Assembly (NCBI GenBank): GCA_963701965.1
Contig: OY969695.1
Coordinates: forward strand, 1,056,001 to 1,120,000
Length of the DNA: 64,000 nucleotides
Direction: 5' to 3'
From: an uncultured Gemmatimonadales bacterium
Lineage (GTDB): Bacteria; Gemmatimonadota; Gemmatimonadetes; Gemmatimonadales; Gemmatimonadaceae
Below the pieces are notes generated by a model, which did not search any database, was not told the origin of the DNA, and saw nothing but the letters and a program-made list of their open reading frames with translations. Numbering within the stretch: position 1 is the stretch's first letter; each line of letters begins with the position of its first letter. Positions 57,286 through 64,000 of this stretch are shown here, piece after piece. A program made the position numbers and the translations under genes.

Positions 57286-59383
57286 TCACCAGAATGTGCG
57301 GGACCAAGTTCGGCGCTCGGACCATTGGATCGCCCGGCTTACACCCGAACGCCGCGGCGAACGCCGCCGAGTTCGAGATTGGCCCGTTGACCCGCCACTC
57401 GTCCGGCGAATGCTGATCCGTGGTCACCCTACTCCGCAGCGCCTCCGGGCGCCAATCGCCGCGGAACGTCTGCGCGAACCCGAGGAAGTACCGCTGCTCC
57501 GGCGTGTATCCGTCGATCAACCCGGGGCGCCCGTGCTCTTGGAGCGCGTGCTCCAGCGCGTCGTACCCCGTCAGCAACCCGCCGTAGTCGGCAATGTTCT
57601 CCCCCAAGGTGAGTTTGCCGTTCACGTGCAAGGTGTCGACCTGGATGTATCTGTCATATTGCTTGGTGACGAGGTCGGCTTGGGATTGGAACCGCGAGGC
57701 GTCGGTCGCCGTCCACCAATCGCTGAGGTTGCCTGCCGCGTCGAAGTGCCGGCCTTGGTCATCGAAACCGTGCGTCAGCTCGTGGCCCGCCCAGCTGCCG
57801 GCCAACGCGCCGTAGTTGGCGCCGTCGTCGGCCTTGGGATCGAAGGTTTGCGGGACGAGCGCGCCCGCGGGAAACACCATCTCGTTCTTCGTCACATCAT
57901 AGTAGGCGTCGACGGTCGGCGCCGTCATGCCCCATTCCGTGGTGTCGACCGGCATCCCCGGACGCCGCACGACGCGTTGCCACTCGAAGACGTTGGAGCG
58001 GAACACGTTGAGCACGAACGGCCCTTCGGCGACGTCGAGCCGCGAGAAGTCGCGCCAATGATCGGGGTAGCCCACTTTCTCGTGCATGCGCTCGAGCTTG
58101 TCGATCGCCCGCGCCCGCGTCGAATCGGACATCCACGTGAGATGCGCCAACCGCTCACGGAACGCGCGACGGACGTCATCGATCACGGCGCGCGCTTTCG
58201 CCTTGGCCTCGGCGGAGAATGCCTTCTCCACGTAGGCTTGACCCAACGCCTCTCCAATGTCGTTATCGGTCTCCCGCAGGCAGCGCTTCCATCGCGGTAA
58301 CAGCTTCTTGGCGCCCGAGAACAAGGACCGATACGTGAAATCCTCGTTCACGAAGGGCGTGCTGAGCCACTGCGCGCCTTCGGCGACCATGTGGTATCGC
58401 AGATAGGCGCGCCACGTCGACAGTGGAGTCGCCAGCACCAGCGCGCTGGCTTCTTGAAAAAAACCAGGCTGGCCGACATTCAGGCGGGTGGGCACGGGGG
58501 TCAGCCCGACAGTCCGGAAATAGCTGGTCCAATCGACGCTCGGCGCCATGGTGTGGAGCTTCGCCATCGACGTGGAGTGATCGATGACGTTCGGGTCGCG
58601 CATCGCCACCCGCGTCATCGACGCCTTGGCCAGCGCCGTCTCCATCGTCATGATGTGCTTGGCATCCTCAGCCGCGGCCGCGGGCGTCTCACCCGACAGG
58701 ACCAGGGTTCGGGTCACGTGCGCGACGTACGCCCGGCGCAGCGAGTCCGCGTCACGCCCCGTCTTCGTATAGTAGTCGCGATCCGGCATGCCGAGCCCGC
58801 CCTGCCACAGCCACGCCATGTAGTGGTCGGCATCATGGGGATCGGCGCGCGGAAAGTAGCGGAAGAGCGCCGACCCCCCGATCTCCTGTACCGCGGCGAG
58901 ACGCACCAGGAGGCCGGCCGGCGTCCGCACGGCGTCGATGCTGTCCAGCGCCGGCTCGAGGGGCGCGAGACCCGAAGCCTCGGCGGCCGACGAGTCCATG
59001 CACGTCGCGTAGAACGTCCCCAGCTTGCGTTGGGTGCTGCCAGCCGGTGCGCTGGCGCGATCGCGCATCGCGTCATCCAGCACCGAGCGAACCGTGAGCT
59101 CGTTGAGATCGTTCATCTCGCGATCGACGCCCATCTCCGAGTACTCGGGCGGGATCGTATCGCGCTTGAGCCACGCGCCGGTCGAGTACTGAAAGAAGTC
59201 CGTGCACGCCTTGACGGTCGTATCCACGAATGATGGATCGACGACGCGCAGCGGCGCCGGCACCGGCAGGTCCTGCGCGGCCGCGCTGGGGAGTGGGAGC
59301 CCGGCGAGGGTCGCCAACAACCAGGCGGGACGCCATGACCAACGATGAATCACTGTCGAGGCTCCAATAAGAGGTCGGGTCAT
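57286..59383 (-). CDS. M13 metallopeptidase (corrected end VPHIW* at 57286; as read, ends 57266)
   Basis: CTDFFQY, HELTHGFDD, GENIAD, HSP; removing one T at 57292-57296 restores the terminal Trp usual in M13. Confidence 0.93.
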
Positions 59384-59489
59384 CCTACGCTACGCCCCGA
59401 CCCCCCGCAATGTCTGTTTACACCAATCTGACAATTGCGGCGCACGATTTGAGGCGCGGCCGCGGCGCGTTCGGGGCCACTCTTCCGCC

Positions 59490-60596
59490 ATGACTTCTTA
59501 CGTCCACGCGCCGGGCGCGTATGTCGACGTGCGAGGGACCCGCCTGTGGGTCGAAAGCGAGGGCACCGGTGAACCGCTGCTTCTCCTTCCGGGCGGCCCC
59601 GCCAGTTCCCATCTCACGTTTCATCCCTGGTTTTCGTCCCTGGCCACGCACTATCGGCTCCTCTATCTGGACTACCGCGGGCGCGGAAGATCGGAATGGT
59701 CCGGTCCTCGCGAAGCCATCACGTTCGCTGGCGACGTCGAGGACATCGAGGCGCTGCGCATCGCGCTCGGACTGGAGCGATTCAGTCTCTACGGGTTCTC
59801 CTACGGAGGCATGGTGGCCGCGGCCTACGCCCTCGCCTATCCAGAGCGGGTCCGGCGCCTGATCCTCGCCAACACCGTGCATAGCCCCGAGATGTGGCAA
59901 CGGAATCACGAGAACATCAACCGGGAGATCGCCAACCAATATCCCGAGGTGTGGGCGGAGATTTTATCCCTCCGCGCCGTGGGGGTGCGGTCGACGGATC
60001 CGCGCGTGCAGGCCCTGTACGCGGTGCATGGACCGTTGGTGCGATTTTACAACCCGGACAATGCCGCGAAGCTCCTGAACGAACCCGGCGCCCGCAATGC
60101 CGCGCTGTATCCGGTGTTCGTCGGCGACGACGTCGAGTTCTTCATCGGCGGCGAGGTGGCCCGCTTGCCCGACCTGCGTCCCCGCCTCGCCGAATTGCGG
60201 ATGCCGACGTTGATCCTGGCGGGACGATTCGATCGGGCGCTCTATCCCGCCCTGCAGGCCGAGTTCCAGCGATACGCCCCGCAGGCGCGGTTCGTGTGGA
60301 TGGAACGGAGCGGTACGTTCGCCCACATCGAGGAACCGGATGCGGTCATGGCGCTGCTACGCGAGTTCCTCGCCCACCCGACGATCCACGAGGCCGCGCA
60401 GGATCCGCTCCAGCTCCCCGATGTCGAAAGGCTTGATGAGCACCGGACACGCCGTCTCGGCCAACACGGCGCTGACGCCCTCGCTGATGTCACCGGTGAG
60501 GAACACCGTGGCCGTGCGGAGATGCGGTTGCAGCGCGACGGCACCGGCGAACAACACATCGCCACGGAGGTCGGGAATGCGGTAGTCCGCGAGTAA
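59490..60596 (+). CDS. Alpha/beta hydrolase (proline iminopeptidase-like) with a C-terminal run-on
   Basis: PGGP, DYRGRGRS, GFSYGG, GRFD, AHIEEP; fold ends near LREFLA (~60375). Confidence 0.88.
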   Translation: MTSYVHAPGAYVDVRGTRLWVESEGTGEPLLLLPGGPASSHLTFHPWFSSLATHYRLLYLDYRGRGRSEWSGPREAITFAGDVEDIEALRIALGLERFSLYGFSYGGMVAAAYALAYPERVRRLILANTVHSPEMWQRNHENINREIANQYPEVWAEILSLRAVGVRSTDPRVQALYAVHGPLVRFYNPDNAAKLLNEPGARNAALYPVFVGDDVEFFIGGEVARLPDLRPRLAELRMPTLILAGRFDRALYPALQAEFQRYAPQARFVWMERSGTFAHIEEPDAVMALLREFLAHPTIHEAAQDPLQLPDVERLDEHRTRRLGQHGADALADVTGEEHRGRAEMRLQRDGTGEQHIATEVGNAVVRE

Positions 60597-60743
60597 GACG
60601 TCAATGTGGCGCTCCGACAACGTGCGACGCGCCGCGGCCCCGCTCAGCGCGGTCACGACATCGAATCCCCGACGGGTCAGCAGCGCGGCCAGACCCTGCA
60701 CGATCACGGGTTCGTCGTCGACGATGAGGAGCGTCGGCCTCAT
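60357..60743 (-). CDS. Stand-alone response regulator receiver
   Basis: LIVDDE, LADYRIP, FLTG, KPF; ATGA-coupled to amidohydrolase stop. Confidence 0.85.
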   Translation of the reverse strand: MRPTLLIVDDEPVIVQGLAALLTRRGFDVVTALSGAAARRTLSERHIDVLLADYRIPDLRGDVLFAGAVALQPHLRTATVFLTGDISEGVSAVLAETACPVLIKPFDIGELERILRGLVDRRVGEELA

Positions 60744-62047
60744 TCCATACCGTACAACCGCGCGGCGTTGCCGCGCAACACCATCCGGGCGATCTCCTGC
60801 GCCCGGTCGCGGGTGATCTCGCCATCGCGCAACATCCCGGTCAACGCGATGGCCAGCCCGCGCCGGGCCGTAGTGGCCGCGGTCCACGCCCCCTCCGGCC
60901 AGCCGACCGGGTCTTCGTTTTTGTCGCCGAACGCGTCGCTGGCATACAAGACTTTGTCGGGCCATTCCGCGAGCCACTCGCGGAACACGCCGGCCAGCAC
61001 AAACGGCGACACCCGCTGGTCCATGAGCGAAATGTCGGCGTAGACATTTGGTTTACCGAGCATGGAGAGCGTCTCGTCAACCGCCGGCCACCCGCCGTGG
61101 AGGAGCACGAAGCGGGTGCCCCGGAGCGTGGAGTCGTTGAACACGCTTTCCAGTTGAAGCGGCCGGCTACCCGAGACGCTGTAGAATCCCCCCGCGATGT
61201 CGGTACAATGGATGTGCACGACGAGGCCCTTCCGGCCGGCCCGGCGGGCAATCTCGCGGAACAGGAAGTCTTCCAGGGTCTTGTACTCGGCCCGACTGGG
61301 AACGCCGCCGGCAATGTAGCGCGCGTAGACAGCGCCCGCGGCGGCGCGCGTCGGATTGCCAAAGTCGAACGGCCGCAGGTACGCGATCTCGAACTTGATC
61401 GCCAGGGCGTTGGCCTGCTTCCACTGCGCGAGCATTGGCTCGACGACCGACGCGAGGTATGCGTCGAGCGTCGCGGGCAACGCCGTCTCGTGGAGGGTCC
61501 CCAGGTAGCGCGTGAGCAGGCGGCGCTCGCGCGGGTAGAGTGGCCGCGTGTCCGGCGTGGCCTCCTGTTCGCGGGCGGTATTGAGGGGAAAGAGCAGCGG
61601 ATCGGCGAACGGCACCCAACGGAACCGCGGCGCCGGGAGGCCGGACCCCATGGTCACGCGATTGGCGAGCATGACTTCGGTGCCGACCTGATCCAAGACC
61701 CACTCCGCTGGATGCGGCCGCAAGGGCGCGAGCGCCCGCAGGTGTGCATCGCTGGCGTCGTCGTACGGATATCCGTACAGCGCCTTCCACGCCGCGATGT
61801 AGCGCGGGTTGGACGGATCGAGGCCGGCCGGCAGCGGAAATGGCGGCAGCGGCGAGAGCGGCAGCGCGTCGTTGTCGGTGTCGGCCGGTACGCCCGGCTG
61901 CGCGGGCAGCAGCGGATGGGCGTGGTTGTCGATCGCCTTGATCCCGGCGATATAGGTGGCGAGCGCCGAGTCGACCGGCGGCTGCGCGCCGAGAGTGGGC
62001 GCCAGCGCAATGAGGCTCAAGCACATCCGGCGCAGCATCCGGGTCAC
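60740..62047 (-). CDS. Secreted amidohydrolase family protein (start 62047 or 62038)
   Basis: DNHAH, HIHC, LHGGWP, YADIS, YASD. Confidence 0.88.
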   Translation of the reverse strand: MTRMLRRMCLSLIALAPTLGAQPPVDSALATYIAGIKAIDNHAHPLLPAQPGVPADTDNDALPLSPLPPFPLPAGLDPSNPRYIAAWKALYGYPYDDASDAHLRALAPLRPHPAEWVLDQVGTEVMLANRVTMGSGLPAPRFRWVPFADPLLFPLNTAREQEATPDTRPLYPRERRLLTRYLGTLHETALPATLDAYLASVVEPMLAQWKQANALAIKFEIAYLRPFDFGNPTRAAAGAVYARYIAGGVPSRAEYKTLEDFLFREIARRAGRKGLVVHIHCTDIAGGFYSVSGSRPLQLESVFNDSTLRGTRFVLLHGGWPAVDETLSMLGKPNVYADISLMDQRVSPFVLAGVFREWLAEWPDKVLYASDAFGDKNEDPVGWPEGAWTAATTARRGLAIALTGMLRDGEITRDRAQEIARMVLRGNAARLYGME

Positions 62048-62667
62048 TCCTCCGTAATAGCGGTGAGCAGCGCCGCGGCCTTGGCGGCGACGATCGCCGC
62101 CGGGTCCCCCGGCCGATAGAGCGAGGAGCCGACGCCGAAACCCGCGGCGCCCGCGGCACGCCACGGTGCCATGTTCCCGGCTTCGATCCCCCCGACTGGC
62201 AACACCAGCGTGTCCGGCGGCAGGACGGCGCGCATGGCCTTGAGCGCTGCCGGAGTCGACGCCTCGGCGGGAAAGAGCTTGAGCCCATCCGCGCCCGCAT
62301 CCAGCATCGCGAAGGCCTCGGTCGGGGTCGCCACACCCGGCACCGCGATGAGCCCGTTCGCTTTCGCGGCGCGCACGACGGCCCCATCGGCGTGCGGCAT
62401 CACGATCAAGCGCCCGCCGGCCACGCCGACCCACTCTACCAATTCGGCGCGCAACACCGTCCCGGCGCCGACCAACGCGCGGTCGCCGATGCAGCGGGCC
62501 AAGCGCGCAATGCTGTCGAACGGCTCGGGAGAGTTGAGCGGCACTTCGACGATCGCGAATCCGGCATCGACGAGCACCTCACCGATGGCCTCGGCCTCAT
62601 CGGGGCGAATCCCCCGGAGCACCGCGACCAGTGGGCACTGCGCCAGCCACTCCCGGAGCGTTTTCAT
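62044..62667 (-). CDS. dgoA: 2-dehydro-3-deoxy-6-phosphogalactonate aldolase
   Basis: PLVAVLRG, EVPLNSP, GAGTV, TPTEAF, LKLFPAE, PVGGI. Confidence 0.92.
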   Translation of the reverse strand: MKTLREWLAQCPLVAVLRGIRPDEAEAIGEVLVDAGFAIVEVPLNSPEPFDSIARLARCIGDRALVGAGTVLRAELVEWVGVAGGRLIVMPHADGAVVRAAKANGLIAVPGVATPTEAFAMLDAGADGLKLFPAEASTPAALKAMRAVLPPDTLVLPVGGIEAGNMAPWRAAGAAGFGVGSSLYRPGDPAAIVAAKAAALLTAITEE

Positions 62668-63566
62668 TGCGGCCAGACCACCCGCTCCGCGATCGCCGCC
62701 AGGCCCTGCGCCGACGCGTCGCCATCGTAGACGCGCGCCGAGCCACCGCAGGCGGCGATCGCGCGGGCGTACAGCGTGGCGAGCGTCGCCTCGCCGATGA
62801 CCGTGACATCGCCCGCCGCCGGCCGCGCGGCGCGCACCTCGTGTCCGATGAGCAACCCCGAGAGATACGATGCGGATTCGGTCTCGGCCAAACGGCCGGC
62901 GATACCAAGGGTCCGCACGCCGAACAGGTGATGGAGCAACCCGCCGGATTCGGCCGAACGCGCGACCCCATCGTCGAACGCCGCCGGAGCCACCGGGACG
63001 CCGGGCCGCATCAAGCGGCCGAGGATAGTGTGGCCGCCGAGCGCGGCAAACGTCTCACCAGTGAAATACGTCGTGAAGGCGGCGATGGCGCCGCCCGCCA
63101 CCTGGGCCCACTTGCTGTGCGACCCGGGAAGGCACACCCATCCCTGCGTCAGGCCGGCGCCAATGATCTGCGTCTCTTCCCCGCGCATGACCTCGGGGAC
63201 CCCCGAGGCATCCACGTCGGCGACGCCCGGCACCAATCGCACGCAAGCGCCGTCGAACGCGACGCTCCCCAGGCCGCCCACGAGATCGTCGATGCGCGCC
63301 GGACAGGGCACGGGCCGGGTCTCGCTCCACCCTTGCCGGCTCCCGATCATCCCCGTGAGGAGGATGCGATCCTCGCCGGCCGCCACCCAGTCGCCAATCA
63401 ACTCGCGCAGCGTCTCGCCGAACCGCGCTTGCTCGATCCGCGACACCCCGGCGGCCGAGGCGCGCATCTCGGCGACGGCGCCGTTCCGCAGCTGGAAGGC
63501 GCGGAGATTCGTGGTGCCCCAATCGACGCCGATCACTGCGTCCGGCCGCGCGCCGCCACCGGCCAT
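62664..63566 (-). CDS. dgoK: 2-dehydro-3-deoxygalactonokinase
   Basis: DWGTTNLRA, GMIGSRQGW, VMRGEETQ, LPGSHSKW, LSGLLIG. Confidence 0.93.
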   Translation of the reverse strand: MAGGGARPDAVIGVDWGTTNLRAFQLRNGAVAEMRASAAGVSRIEQARFGETLRELIGDWVAAGEDRILLTGMIGSRQGWSETRPVPCPARIDDLVGGLGSVAFDGACVRLVPGVADVDASGVPEVMRGEETQIIGAGLTQGWVCLPGSHSKWAQVAGGAIAAFTTYFTGETFAALGGHTILGRLMRPGVPVAPAAFDDGVARSAESGGLLHHLFGVRTLGIAGRLAETESASYLSGLLIGHEVRAARPAAGDVTVIGEATLATLYARAIAACGGSARVYDGDASAQGLAAIAERVVWPQ

Positions 63567-64000
63567 AGCTCCAGACACTCACCATCGCGACTGACCGCGA
63601 CCCGATCGTGGAGGTTCGTGACGACGCAGACGTGATTGGGCACGATGCGGACGCGTTCGCCGAGCGCGGGCTTGCGCGCGCAACGCGCGAGATCGATCAC
63701 GCCGTGCTCCTCGTTCAGCCGCTCGACGACGGCCTCCGGGTAGTCAATGAGGAGGCCATAGCCCGGTCCCACTGCGGGCGCGACGAGATCGCTCGACAGC
63801 GTCTTTGAACCCGCATCCATCACGGCTCGATCGTCCGTCGGGCGACTCACGATCGTGGCGTGCACCATGAACGCGCACTCGTCGAGCGTTGCCGCTCCGG
63901 CGCCTACCGTCGCGCGGTCGTGATAAATGTACGTGCCGGCGCGCAATTCCGTCACACCGCCGACCTCGTGGGCGTGCCACGCGCGCGGTGTGCCGCCGAT
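63533..64000 (-). CDS. DSD1/D-threonine aldolase-type PLP enzyme (fold III), 5' end outside window
   Basis: GGTP, TELRAGTYIYHD, DAGSKTLSSD, EEHG, PNHVC. Confidence 0.88.
   Translation of the reverse strand: MGGTPRAWHAHEVGGVTELRAGTYIYHDRATVGAGAATLDECAFMVHATIVSRPTDDRAVMDAGSKTLSSDLVAPAVGPGYGLLIDYPEAVVERLNEEHGVIDLARCARKPALGERVRIVPNHVCVVTNLHDRVAVSRDGECLELWPVAARGRTQ

Noticed and set aside
26199..59233. Long Arg/Pro-rich ORFs opposite real genes (e.g. 26199, 36830, 42080, 52602, 56798, 58391)
   Set aside because: Expected stop-poor shadows in high-GC DNA; no motifs.

Overview
GC-rich bacterial chromosomal window, probably Gemmatimonadota (inferred from gene content and style; no rRNA to confirm). 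It carries about 63 CDSs and one tRNA-Asn(GTT). The left end (1-12 kb) looks accessory: rifamycin phosphotransferase rph with an RAE-like palindrome, an MHYT kinase plus REC-GGDEF-EAL pair, a decayed copy of the tRNA-Asn promoter and 5' half, TetR, and lipoproteins. The rest is mostly housekeeping, envelope and peptidase genes (sigma factors, M16 pair, purEK, uppS, holB, moaC, lytic transglycosylases, NSAR/GNAT, an Omp85 fusion, DHS-like, sulfite reductase, MFS pumps, M13, dgoKA). Best leads: (1) an unannotated, probably leaderless Cys-codon leader peptide with antiterminator and terminator upstream of the sulfite reductase; (2) an RAE-like palindrome forming two back-to-back 19-bp-spacer promoters at rph, one firing into a tiny hairpin; (3) five frameshifts that are all the same CATC->CATTC insertion, most likely a motif-linked sequencing artefact; (4) many TANNNT-N5-7-ATG leaderless starts. 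No CRISPR, integrase or transposase was seen. All family calls come from motif recognition, not database searches.
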